From Camelus dromedarius (lineage: Eukaryota), in NCBI RefSeq assembly GCF_036321535.1, contig NC_087438.1, positions 36,332,001 to 36,396,000 of the forward strand: 64,000 nucleotides of DNA, given 5' to 3'. Positions within the stretch are counted from its first letter, which is position 1, and each line of letters starts with the position of its first letter. This document shows positions 39,080-51,930 of this stretch, in pieces. Below the pieces are notes generated by a model. The model was given only the letters and a program-made list of their open reading frames with translations. It did no database searches and was not told the DNA's origin. Made by a program: the position numbers and the translations under genes.

Positions 39080-39680
39080 AGTGAGTCAAAGGGTATGAAC
39101 AATTTTAAGGCTCTTTATACATAGTGCAAAACTGCCTTCGAAGAAGACTCAATTTCTCTTCCTACCAGCTGTGTCCTTATGCCTTATTTATATTAGTTAT
39201 CTTTAGTACCATCTTTAAAAATCTTTCCCAACTTGGTAGGCAAAATGATACTTCAGTGTTGTTTTCTGCTGCCTTTCTTTAATTAATAGTGAGGACGAAC
39301 TTTTGAAATATGTTTGCCATTTGAATTTCTTCATTGAGATGACTCAATGCCCTATACCAATTTTTCCATTAAATTGTTAGTTTTCTTACTAATTTACATG
39401 AGCTTTTTAAATATTAAAGATAATCCATTTTTTCTAGTTTATGTTTATGAAAATATTTCTCCAATTTGTTACTTAGCTTTTAATTTTTTAGCAATTTTTT
39501 CCATTTTCTATTAAAAATTTTAAAAAATAATGACACTTAATGACCTCTTCATTTTTGGTTTGTTTCATGATTTTATGTTTTAGAAACTCCTTCATCAGCC
39601 AGAAGGTGGACAAATATTCATCAGTATTTAAACCTTTGCTAAATTGTAAAACCAGTATTTTCTTAAGAAAATGGGAAAAA
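39080..39680 (-). mobile_element. Old L1 (L1ME-like) fragment
   Basis: aagggtatgaacaattttaaggctct...caaaactgccttc...ttaattaatagtgagg...ttgtttcatg pattern of antisense L1 3' region. Confidence 0.7.
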
Positions 39681-39689
39681 AAAAGCCAG

Positions 39690-40790
39690 AGACTCTGGGA
39701 GAAAATATTTGCAAATTTCATATCCAACAAAGGGTTTATATTCAGAATATATAAAATCTTTCAAAATTGAACAATAGAAAAATACACAAGCCAACTTTAA
39801 AAATTAGCAAAAGGGGGATGGTATAGCTCAGTGGTAAAGCATGTGCTTAGCATGCATGAGGTCCTAGTTTGAATCCCCAGTATCTCCATTAAAAAAATAA
39901 AATTAAATAAAAAAATTAGCAAAAGATTAGAACATTTTATCAGAGAATTATGCATAATGGTAAATAAGCACATTAAAAAGGTGCTCTATAACATCTTTCA
40001 TTAGCAAAATGCAAATTCAAACCACAATGGGATACCACTACAAACTTATCAAAATGGCTAAAAAAATTAAAACAAACAAACAAACAAAAATAAACCAAAA
40101 ACCAAAACCCTGGCAATACCAAGTGCTGGTAAAGATTTGGGGCAACTGGAACTTTCATACATTGCTGGTGGGAAGGCAAAACAGAAATAGCCACACCAGA
40201 AAACAGTTAGTTCCCTCTAAAGTTAAACATACTTACCACATGACTGAGTAATCTCACTTCTAGATATATTGCTAAAGAAATGACAATTTTTTTGTTCACA
40301 CAAAAACTTGTACACAAATGTTTATAGCAACATTATTAATAATCACCTAAAACTGGAAACAACCCAATGTCCTTCAACGGGTGAAAGGATAAACAAACTG
40401 TAGTTCATCCACACAACGGACTACAACTAGGCAATATAAAGAACAGTCTGATTTACGGAACATAGATGAATCTCAAGTGCATTTTACTAAGTGAAATAAG
40501 TCAGTCTCAAAAGATTACATACTGTATATTTCCATTTACATGATATTCTGGAAAAGGCAAAACCCAAGAGACAGAGAACTAATCAGTGGTTCCTAGAGCT
40601 CAGGATGGGAGAGGGCTTGACTACAAAAGAACAAACTGAGTTGATGTTGGATTTGATGGAATTGTCTTGAATCTTGTCTGTGGTAGTTACATGAATCTAT
40701 GCTTGCATTAAAACTCAGAACTATACATCAAAAGAAAAAAAGAGAGAGTAAATTTTACCAAATGTAGATAAAAAGGAAACCAAATATTTG
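39690..40790 (+). mobile_element. Old L1 (L1MB/MC-like) ORF2-end and 3' UTR fragment with a nested SINE
   Basis: tgggagaaaatatttgcaaat...aaatgcaaattcaaaccacaatg...aactggaaacaacccaatgtccttcaacgggtgaa...atctatgcttgcattaaaactcagaac. Confidence 0.85.
39814..39910 (+). mobile_element. Camelid tRNA-derived SINE (vic-1 type) nested in L1
   Basis: ggggatggtatagctcagtggtaaagcatgtgcttagcatgcatgaggtcctagtttgaatcccc plus A tail; perfect TSD aaaaattagcaaaag at 39799-39813 and 39911-39925. Confidence 0.9.
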
Positions 40791-40935
40791 CTTCTAGATT
40801 TATCTGGATTAAAAAAACTGTATGTGTGTCTATAATGTGTATTTTGGTATGTGTGGAGCTGGTCTGTTTTTCCAGTTACATAGCCAACTTTTCTCAACTT
40901 ATTAATGTGGTGAGATCATATTTTGAGATCCTGAC

Positions 40936-40992
40936 ATATACATACATACATACATACATACATACATACATACATACATACATACATACATA
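40936..40992. repeat. (TACA)n tetranucleotide microsatellite
   Basis: catacatacataca..., about 13 units, read directly. Confidence 0.97.
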
Positions 40993-43900
40993 CACTTTTT
41001 CTCTTTCTCTTTCCTCCATTTAAAGAAATGGTTGACTTTGTGCTCAACCTCAGGGGAGGGATGTAGCAGGCTGGATAAGGGAAATAGTGTCTCTCTGTTT
41101 CCAAAAGTAAAGCCCAGAACTGAGACAGAACTGGAGCAAAATAGTTCCCCAACAGTAGAAAGAGTCCCCAACAGCTGTCAAGGCAGATGAGACAAGAGGG
41201 TGATTAAGAGCATAAAGGACCACTGGACCCAAGAGCAAAGGGGGCCAGATTCCTTGGCAGAGATGCTGGGAAGTACAGTGGGACCATGGAGGTTAAGGAG
41301 AGGCACAGAGAGAGATGACATTCCTGCAAAAGGGGTTTCCTGTGAAGAGAATGGCTATTCTTTCTGTCAGTCACTCTGGGAAAGAATCAATCCTGGGGCA
41401 GGAAAGGAAGGCCTGGCAGGCCTCTCCTTGGCCTCACTCTGGTGCCTGACTCCTGGCAGAAGGCCAATCCTCGGAGAGCCAAGAGGTCTCTCAGACATGG
41501 AGGCAGCCGGGGGCTAGATGGAGAAGGGCTCAGTTGGGGTTATCTGTGAAGGGGCTTGGGCTTTAGTATTTGGAGAGTAGCCATGTCCACAGTATGAACA
41601 GAGTTCCCATGCATAGACTGTGTCCTCTGTCAATCAAGCATCTTTCTCCTCATGTTATGCCATGGGCAGCAATTTGAGAACACTTACTAGGACCATATAT
41701 TTTTTCAATAGAGTGATCAATCACACTGCCTATTTGAATCTGTAGCAGATATGATTCATTCCATTCTATGTGAGAGGTCTCCAGACTATATTTATTACAA
41801 AACAAGATGAGGCACCAGCCATATTATGCCCCCCTGTTTAGAGAGTATATTACCATTAAATTCAGCAGATGGTAAATTGGACATTAATATAGTCAGGTTT
41901 ACCAACAGGTGACAATTCACTCTGGAACACTGTGAAATACTCCTTTACAACAATTGCTAAGACTGACTGTTTTAATTCTTCTGACCATCAGCATGGAAGA
42001 AGAGGTCCAGAAAAACAAAGGAGAAACTTAAATTATTTTGAAGATAAACAAAAGAAGCATAGATAACTTCAAAGCTTCTAACTAATACACATAGAGCCTT
42101 TGTGGGCCATCTGTAGTATACAATTTCAAGTTATCTAAGCTGTAGCTCCTTTCTTGTCTCAAGCTTCAGAATAGTCCTGCAAACATAGCAGACTGGACTC
42201 AGTTATCCAGTGAGGAGCTGGAGGGTCAGGGCCCATGACGCAGAAGAAATGCATCAGAGGCAAGCAGTGGGCTGATGAGGTGGTCTCTGAATGGCAGGAG
42301 ATGATGGGTGCAAGAACATTGGCTGAGGTGTCAGCAGCCAAGGAGTGATTTATGGAACATGTAAATATTCCCTAGAGAATTCCCAGAACTATGTAGGGAG
42401 GAGAATTTGATAAAAGACTGTCCTTCCTGAAGATAAATGAATTGGGTTTTAAGGGAGAGTATGACCTTTTAGACTGATGAAATTTGGGACATTTACGCTA
42501 CATAAGCTATTTCTGAGTTAGGTGTTCTGGGCTATCAATCAAACTAGTGCCACCATGTTGTAAATGTCATAGATGTATGTGTTTTACTATCTCACAGAAC
42601 TAGTTCTTAGTTCCCCCATATTTTCCCTCATCCTCCTTTCTTTCTTTTTTTTTTTATAATTGCCTTATTTTTCTTCCCTTTCCTCAAAAACTTTCTCTCT
42701 ACTGGAAGAGAGAAGAAGGAAAGAGAAGTCACAATTATTACAAATGCTTAAGTACTTAAGCCTAAGAAAAATGTGAAAGCGTCTATACTAACACAAGCTT
42801 GCAGTTTCAATGTGGAGGCAGAGCTGCACGAGGCAGAAACTGAAACAAAATGGAGAGCAGGATTTAATCAATGCATACAACACATGAGCTGAGCTTTGGA
42901 GCAGGAACTAGATCCTCCTTGAGATTTTACTTCCCTTTGAACCCTCGTAGGACCCGTCTTGTAGACTTTTTTTCTCCCCTTGGTTTTCCTTTCTTCCCTG
43001 AGGCTGGGGGAACTAAATTTTCTCTGCTAAGCATGTGATAATGCAGAATGGGAAATACTCTATTCAGAGCTGGTTCTAGAAGTATTTTGAAGTAGGTAAA
43101 CTTTCTCCAGCCCTCTTTTCCTTCTTTTTCTCTTCTACTTGCTTACCTGCTCAGGTTCAACATCTGCTCTTAGGAAAAGGTCTGCTTTCAATGATTTAAA
43201 CATTAATTTTAATTAAAGTCATCATGTTAACCATCCCCAGTTTCTGAGACTTACATGGAACCCAAGAATTTTTTTCCTTGTGGTATAAAGATTTCAGGTA
43301 TCAGGAAGTAGAAGGTGCTTCTTGGGGTATTTAAAATCATGATAAGTAGGTGGCTAATTTTGTACTTCAATAGAAAAAGGTAAAAGAAACCACAGATAGT
43401 ATACAAACCTTATACTTATTTTCAATAGTGTTATTTGTTGTTGTATTATTATTATTATTTTTGTATTGTTCTTATATTTCCATACAATAGTCTTTTTTGG
43501 GGGGGCCTGGATGTTTTTAAAAATTGAAGTATAGTTGATTTACAATGTTGTGTCAATGTCTGGTGTCCATTCAATAGTCTTATTTGTTGTTATATTATTC
43601 TTACATTTCTATTGAACCTGTATTATTCTTTTATTTCCATTATTCTTGTATTTCCATTGAATCTATGCCTAACTGAAACAAAGATTAGATAAACATTGTA
43701 GTTAAAAAGCTGTAATAGTAGATTATGGGTAAAGGGCATCATGGGTGAATGGCTCTATGTCTGGAACACAAGGGTCCAGGTTTTCATTTAGTTGTTAACT
43801 ACCTCTGAGGTAAGTCTCTTTACTTTTCTCGACTCAGTTTCCTTTTCTACACCAATACATCTTTAATGATTGAAGAAAATCAAAACAAAACTATGATAAG

Positions 43901-44268
43901 GTCACATCTAGTTCTGAATACAAACCCTCCATTATGCTCTTCTCTGGATAACAAGAACTTGTTGACTTTACGACATAATCCAGGAATGAAGGAAAAAAAA
44001 AATAAGACTTACTGTTAAGAACAAAAAGCGAATATAGCAGGAAGCCATATACAGAAAGCTTTCTGAGAACACTGAGAATGTTTAGCAAAAAGTGGAAAGT
44101 CTGACAACACTGTACGGTCACAGCGTTTCTCTCCATAACAATGACTTTTCCTGCCCTGACTAAAATAGAGCAGGGTTTATTGTCACAAGCACATATATAA
44201 ATATTACTGGCAGTAAGGATCTGATCACATAGGATAACTCCTTAGACATGTTATTTATTTTGAGGTTA

Positions 44269-44532
<264 letters not shown>

Positions 44533-46059
44533 TCATTATGTACAATCCAGTGCTCCTCCCCATCTATGCATCTTAAGATAAAAATTCAAAGTAAAAAATT
44601 CAAAACAACAACAAAAAAAGAAAATACACTTTTATCAAACCCACTAACAAATTTCCACTTGTCTCAAGTCACTGCAGGGATTTTTGTCTCGCGTAAGAGC
44701 TAAACTGTCTTCCATAAGTAGTGAACTAAGGAGGACTTAAATACAGGTATAATTGACCTACATCAGAGCTAGCATGATGGGTGGACCTCCTAGACAACTT
44801 TCTCATTAAACCTATTCATTTGCTTCCCCACTTGCTGTAGACGTTGACCCCTGAGAAACTGGCGGTGTTAATTTTAAGGTTAACAAAATGATGATGATGA
44901 GTACTGACTGGTGGCATAATGATGACCAAAATGGTCTAGTAATGGTCAAATTGCTATAAACTGCATGTAATTTAATTGCCAAAATTCTTTGTGAAAGGAA
45001 GTGGATCATAATTTAGTAGCTAATCAATAAAGAAATAAAACAAGTATGAGAAGGAAAGAACTTCAGGCAACCACCTAAACTGGGTCCCTCTTTCTGTGTC
45101 AGTCTACAATAAGCTTTTTATCTTATCTTTGAAAGGAGGCTATTCTATACTCTTCTTAGTAACTCAGCCCTAAGAGCCACTAGCTATTCCTTGAGAGTAT
45201 CCTACATCCCTTCAGCTCGAACAAATGAGTAAATAAATGCTGTGCATGTTACCTTTTCATTTGACTGAAAAACAGAAAAAAACACTGTGTAAGCATTTGC
45301 AATTTAACATGACAAAGAGTCCTTAATGGCCAATAAAATAAATTCTAGTTTTATCTCACACAAATGGAAAGTCTTATCCTACAGATTTCTCCTGATATCT
45401 GTGGAAAGATTATAAAACAGTCCAAATATATACATCAGCATCTTCCTTTTCTCAATGAATCCATAGAGACCCTGTAACTCCATGCACCAATCTTATGGGT
45501 AGAATGGGGGTCCCTAGGAGGCATGAGGAGCAGGTTAAAGAAATGAGAGAGAGACACTGTAGTCCTGGGAGCCAGGAGCCAGGCCACATGCCACGCTCAG
45601 GGACCCTGGGCAAAAAAGGAGAGTTGTATTTTTAAAAATTGCGATTTTAATGCACTCTAAATGCTGTTCAACAGCCACCTCATAATAAATGTTCCTACAT
45701 TAAATTTCCTTTGGCATTCTTCCCATTTTATGATCCCAGTTTACCTGACTCCAGGGTTGTGTTTAGAACCTCTGAGTCAGTTTGCACAGTTCTGTGGAAC
45801 AGCACTCACTGGTTTTCAATTGTCCTCTTCCTTCCCCTCCCCTCTCTGTTTGCATCCGCCACTGACTTTCCGGATGTTACTCAGCTTGGCTTCACAGAGA
45901 ACCACTACACCGTGAAACTTCCCGTGTACTTCCACTGTATCAGGGGACAGCAGCTGGTACCAGTTCTGAAACCTCTTGCGGGACCAAATGCCCGGGGCAC
46001 TCAAAGCTCTCAACTGTGAGCCCCAGGAAAAGTACTGAGTAGATTTTAAATGCTACAAC

Positions 46060-46550
46060 CAGGGCCAGCTATATAATTTGTGGAGTCCAGGGGAAAATTA
46101 AAATGTGGAACTGCTGCTCACTCAGCAGGGAAATAGTGTATTCCTTTCTTCTACGGTGTCTCTCTTGACTGTCATGATTTTTATTTGCTCTTTAGTGTCA
46201 CACTCCCTTAGGCTGGGGATTCACACAGAGAGTGCGAACCCTCCCAGGTACCTGGGGCCCCATCTTGCAACTTGGCATGTACTTGATCCTGACCCTCTCT
46301 GAGTCTGTGCCCAAACCCTGCCAGAGGACTGCGGAGCTGGGGCCTGAGCATCTGACCCAGGGTGGCAGGGAAGTGGGACCATGTGAGCCAAGGCTCCACT
46401 GCCCTCCTGTCCTATCAGACTTAACTTACAGAACACAAATTCAAAGATAGAGTTATTGAGAATTTTCCAATGGCCACAGAGCATCGTGCCCCAAGCACAG
46501 AGCTCCCTTCTGAGTGTGGGGCCCGCTGTGGCTGTACTGGTGGCAGGCCC
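46060..46550. mobile_element. hAT-type MITE fragments (MER53/MER45/MER91-like)
   Basis: cagggccagctatataatttgtggagtccagggg...aaaatgtgg and ctgagtgtggggcccgctgtggctgtac...gcccat...tccctg termini. Confidence 0.5.
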
Positions 46551-49500
46551 ATAGGTGGTCCCTGACTTCAACCTTTTTCTTTCTCTCCCTCTCACTTTCC
46601 GTCTTACATCCTATTTCTCCTTCCATCCTCCTTTGTCTCACAATAACTTTCAAATCTTTTGGATCAGTGAGTTAAGTTCTATAGCATGCTTGTCATCAGA
46701 AGGTGGTTACAGTGACCGTATCTAAACTTTCATGCCTGCTTTATCAACTTTGCTAAGATTCTTTTACTTGATTTTACTTCAACATCTTTTGAAGGGGTCT
46801 GAAATATGAACATTTAAAACAGTCAAGACTGAACTATATTATGCTGTAACCAGGAATTGACACAGCATTGTAAACTGACTATACTTCAATAAAAAAAATA
46901 AAACAATCAAGAGACCCCTCTCCCCTTTTAAGACGCACTAGCCATTGGAGAGGGAAAACAGAAGCAAAAAAATAATGTCCACTCAATGAATTTATTTTGT
47001 TTACAATTTCCTAGAAGAGCAAAGGAATTCGGGTTGCCAAAGTGATTCAAACAGCAAAACACTCTGTCATGGTTCTCCCTCTGTGTAAGAGGGAGCATCA
47101 AGCACAGAAGGAAAAAACAAAACCCACTGCTCACACTCTCTCTTCTCCCTCCTCGCCTGACACAAGGAGGAGCAATTTTGGAAGCAGCAAACTGAGCCCG
47201 GCTGCTGCCCAGCACATCCGAATCGGCCTCTTCTAAGATCCTGACCAGACCGTCCCTAGGCAGCAGTTTCCTCGGGAGCTGGAGTGTTACATGGGGCTTC
47301 TTTGGATAAGAGAACTTCCACCTCTTAACATTTTTTCTCCAAAATGCCTTTTTGGGATCTTCCTGACAATTCCTTTGCCTCTAAACCTGACACTCATAAC
47401 ATTATCGCTATATTTTCTTTTTCTTTATAAGCATATCCTCCCAGGAATAATGCTGATGGCGATGTTCACTGAGTGAACTATCTATGCTCAGCACTGGTCT
47501 AAGCATTTCCATGTACTAACTCATTTAATCCTGAAAATAACCCCATGAGATTGATACTCTTATCATCTCTATACTGTAGGGGAGAAATTGGAGGCACATA
47601 GGGATTAAGTTGCCCAAGGTCATGGTCAAGAGGTGCCAAAGCCAGGATGGACTGCCTGCAGAACCCTTGCACTTCCTTACTACACCACTTCGTCTTTGAT
47701 AAAAGAAATGGTCTATTTATTTGATCCTGCATGCTCATACTAGGGGAGTTTCAAGTGAAAACTGCTGTTTAGATCGACAGCATCAGTAGCAAAGAAGTGC
47801 ACCTTTCCAACTGAGAACTTCTTTCAACATTAGGCGCTTCAAAAGCCTCTCCTAGGAGGGTTGCCATGGTGCACTCTTGTAAGAATTTGAGAGAGCCCTG
47901 GAGAGTACTAGTCTGTGAGCTGAGGCCCTGGCTCAGTGGTCTCCTGGTAACAGCATTCCTTTCTTGGCAAGCTGGGCTGAGTGTCAGTCAAAGGTAGGTT
48001 CCAAGACTGGGAAGCCTTGGTCACAGAAACCAAGAAGCACCAGAACAGAAAAAATGAGATGGTGCCCAGAAGGCCCTTAGGAAGAATGGAGACTGGGATT
48101 CTGTTTGGTGGGAACACCATTCAATAGGGGAAGATTATTGTACAGATCTTATTCTCATGGAGCTCTAGAATTCTGCACTGGGTGGCCAGATGAGATTGTA
48201 GATTTTATTTTTGATGTATTTGTGTAGTTTTTGTCCATGGGTAATCCTTCAAGTTGCTTTCATGTACTCTGAACACTGCTGGGAACTGCTGAGTCCTAGT
48301 CATTCTCTTTCTGTCTCATGAAGGAAGGGAGTACATAAGCCTTGCCAAGAAGAAAGTTGAATGAATGTAAAGTAATTTTGCTATAGGCAGACTGATAAAA
48401 AAACAAAATTCCAATATCCTGATTGTAGACCCTTTTTATTCTAAGTGACCTTCGAAGGAGTCTTAGTGGGAGCTTTAAGACTAGTTGTTTATTTGTTAAC
48501 ATGTTGGGGGAAATTAGTTATATGGTGACTTCTTCGGTAAGGGAACTCCAAAATCCTTCCTTCTCTTGGAAGTAGTGGGTCTGTTTCTATCACTTGTCCC
48601 ATGATGGTGACTATACAGAGCAGAGGCTATGGTTTTAGGTCACAAGGCCCCTTTAAAGGGGTGGGTGGTTTTGTGCTGTGAGAAGACACTGGCCCATAAG
48701 TTCATCTGGAGCCAGATGTGTTAGACTGGAATGGAGCTGGAGGGGAAGATCTACTAGTTTATACAGTGTGAACATTTGAGAGTTGAGGGTTTGGGGCTAG
48801 CTAGAGGAGAAAGATGCCCCCATATCCTGGCTTAGAATTAGGACCATCTTCTTGGTTAGCCTCTTTGGACCCAGGCTTTCTGCTTGGCCTGGCTCCAGAG
48901 GCTGCTGTATCCCAAAGCTGGGGACTGACTACCCTGGAGAGTTTTGGAAGATGGGAGAAACGGCAGGGGAGAGGCAGTGAGGCATGGGGATCCTCAGCTG
49001 CTGAACTGCTTCATTTCACAGGTGTTCTAATGATTAATATGGGGGAAAACCCCACAAAAACCTCCTTCCTTGCAGTGTTAGTATGTAGAAAGTGGCTAGC
49101 TCCTGCTTCTAGCTGTTTGGCAAGGTGACAGTCTCCAGGGTATCTCTGCATTGTCCTTGCCACATCTGTGACTGGGAATTTTTATGCTGAAATGGAGCTT
49201 AGAAAAGAGTAACTCATAGCAAATACTTGCTGAACAATGCACAAATAAACAAATTAGTAAAACAAGGCTTACAAACTATGGGCAAAGCCAAGCAGATTAG
49301 AATTTACCCATCCTTTTTAGCTTCCCTCTCTTTTTCTCATTATCTCCTTCCTTTCACTTTTTTCTTTATTTGTATTTACTCTGAGGCAAGACCCTGTTTT
49401 TCTTCTTTCTACTTCATCCCTTTCCTCTCTACAGTCGAGCACTGGGGAGCTCACACGTGCAGGCCACTTTAAGGTAGGTCAGTCTCTGCTCCCAGGGTAA

Positions 49501-50379
49501 TGGGGTTGATTTCGCAAACTTTCTCTTTGTTTACTCTGGGCTTATGTGGCTTTGTAGATAGCCTCTTATCAAGCACTGGGAGGGCCTGGGTACCCGCGTG
49601 GGTCTGGGGTGTGCTTTGGCGATGACAGCCTCCCCGTGCACGAGTTTTGCCAACTGTGGACTGAGGGGTTGGACTAAATGACTTGTGTGGTTCCTTCCAG
49701 CTCTAAGGCTCTTTCATCTTATGAACTGGATTCACTGATATATGACATTTATATTTACCCTTTGGCATACTAAATATATTTAGAGTTAAAGTATATTTAT
49801 AAGATTTCGACACAATTCAAACAGTTGATCACAGATCTTGGCCACCACAGGGAGGAGGAGGACTCCATGCTGGACCAAACCAGTCTCAGGCACTAAGGTC
49901 TTGATGGTATATTCAAGAGCTCTAAGGGTGTGTGTGTGTGTGTTTTCTTTAACCACACAACCACATACTGAATGAACAAACATGAAATAGTTGTTTTTGT
50001 ATCAGTGCAGTTCTTTTCTTTCTACCTTCCCTTGAAAAGAGTACTGAAAGAAGAGTACTGCTAAGGAAAAGTCTAAATAAACGCAACTTCTAGGATTAGG
50101 AAGGAGCTAGTGGTGAGATTTGCGGGGCAGATCCTTGCCCCTCTCACTGACCTGCCATCATATCTATCTTAGAATTCCTATCATTAGGAAAAACTCCCTG
50201 ATATTAAGGTATTACATTTCTGGAAAACTTGGTTAAGCGGAAAACAGTATTTCACAGAAAGAACCCAATAAGGCATTAATCTCATTGGCTTGAGATGGGT
50301 AAGTTTATTGAAGTGAATTCAGTGAATACTTCTCTAATAACCTAAGATTCACAAAGATCTGTTCTGGGTCTTGAGAGAC

Positions 50380-51930
50380 ATCTGGATGCATAAGGCACAT
50401 TGCCCTTAAGTGCACAGTCTAGAAGAGGAGACACAGGCACCTCGCTGATTGTAACACTAGTAATAGAAGTAAGGAAGTGCTAGATGGACGACATGGAGGG
50501 AAAATTCTGAAAGGGAGCTCAACAAAGAGGATGAACTTAGTTGGGCCTTGAGAAATAAGGAAGAATAAGTACAAATTCTGCAGTTAGAAGGGATGATGTG
50601 GGGAATGTAGGGAGAAAGAAATGTTTCACCAAAAGGGAAGAACATGACAAAGGGGAAGACAGAATGAATGTCTATGAGATACAGAGATTATTAATATTCT
50701 CTCATGACTGGAGTACAGCCTATATGAGCTGAAGAGGAAAGGGCAGGGGGGTGGGGTGGGGTGGGGAGCAGGCATTCACAGCAGTAAGTGGAAATCCAAG
50801 GAGTTTGTTCTTTACCACACAATGGCACTCTTTGAAGGTTTCTGAGCCAAGGACCAACAGTGACCATAACTATTTTGCTGTAGAAACAGTTACGTTAGTA
50901 CATTCCTTTGTGATCTGAAGAAAGAGCACTTGGCAATGTGAGAACAGATGGGAGAAGGAAAGGGCTGAAAGTAGGAATACAGATACTGAAACTGTTCAGG
51001 TGAGAGAGATGGGGAAACTTGATCTAAGGAAGTGATGGTAGGTGTGCTAAATTGTCTCCATTTGTTCCTCCAGGTCTACTCTGTCTTTTTTCAACTTGCT
51101 CTCTACCCTTTAGTATGTATGAATTGCATCCAATGGGCTTCCTTGCTCTTTGGTTTCTAGTTGGGTTTGGCCAGCGAGTGGCACTGACAGAAGATAGATG
51201 AAGGAGGAAAGAGTGAGGTATTTATCTTTCCGTTCTCTCCCTGCTTGGCTACAGTTTTGTTATTCTATCAAAGGCTTCAGTTTCTGCCTCGAGCCTTCTC
51301 CTACAGCTATAGCTTTTGCTATATCTTGGTAACCACTCCCCTTCCATGCCCTTTTAGGCCCAGATGCCCTAATGGCAACCTGCTGTTGTGTGTAAATAGC
51401 CTCTTTATGAATTTCTGCTCAATTAATCCCATCTGAGTGGGCTGCTTCCTGCGGGACCCTGATCTATAGAGCAGGGATAGAAAGGAGGTGACAGAGATGT
51501 GAGACCTGAGGAAGTAGAATTGAGAGGTCTTGACAACCAACTGGATGTGAAAGATGATAAAGAAGGAGTGTTCATGGACCATGTGGACAACTTTGGCTTG
51601 GGCTGCTAGGAGGATGGGAGTGTGATGGAAGGGGAGACCACGGATTCAGTTTGACCATGTTGAGTTTGAAGCGTCCATGAGAAACTATGGGAAGATGCCC
51701 AGTGCAGCTGGAAATGTGACTCTAAAGTTCAAGAGAGAGGTCAGAGCTGCATTTATTGACCTGAGAATATTCTGAGTAGAATGATAGGTGAGATAAAGAT
51801 TAATGACTAAACTTCTGCGGCACTGAGGAGTAAGAGGGAGATGAGGTCAAGAGATATCTGTGTAGACTCCTGATAAGCTAGTGTCATCACAGATAGGCAA
51901 GCACATGCCCCAAAGGGATGAGATTCCATC
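50380..51930 (-). mobile_element. L2 LINE fragment (MaLR inserted)
   Basis: Purine-rich antisense L2 (ttgagtttgaagcgtccatgagaaact...cagctggaaatgtgactctaaagttcaagagagagg); other L2 pieces at ~32150-32560, ~54810-54960, ~55230-55450 (-) and ~5740-5850, ~56875-56985 (+). Confidence 0.7.
51045..51460. mobile_element. Old MaLR LTR (MLT1K/L-like) interrupting an L2
   Basis: tgtgctaaattgtctcc...ttaatcccatctgagtgggctgcttcctgcgggaccctga; flanked by L2 sequence. Confidence 0.55.

Noticed and set aside
41700-42010. Possible ancient Gypsy integrase remnant on the minus strand (DLFFHADGQK...)
   Set aside because: Similarity is limited to a few residues with many stops; it needs a TBLASTX/HMM hit before it can be claimed.
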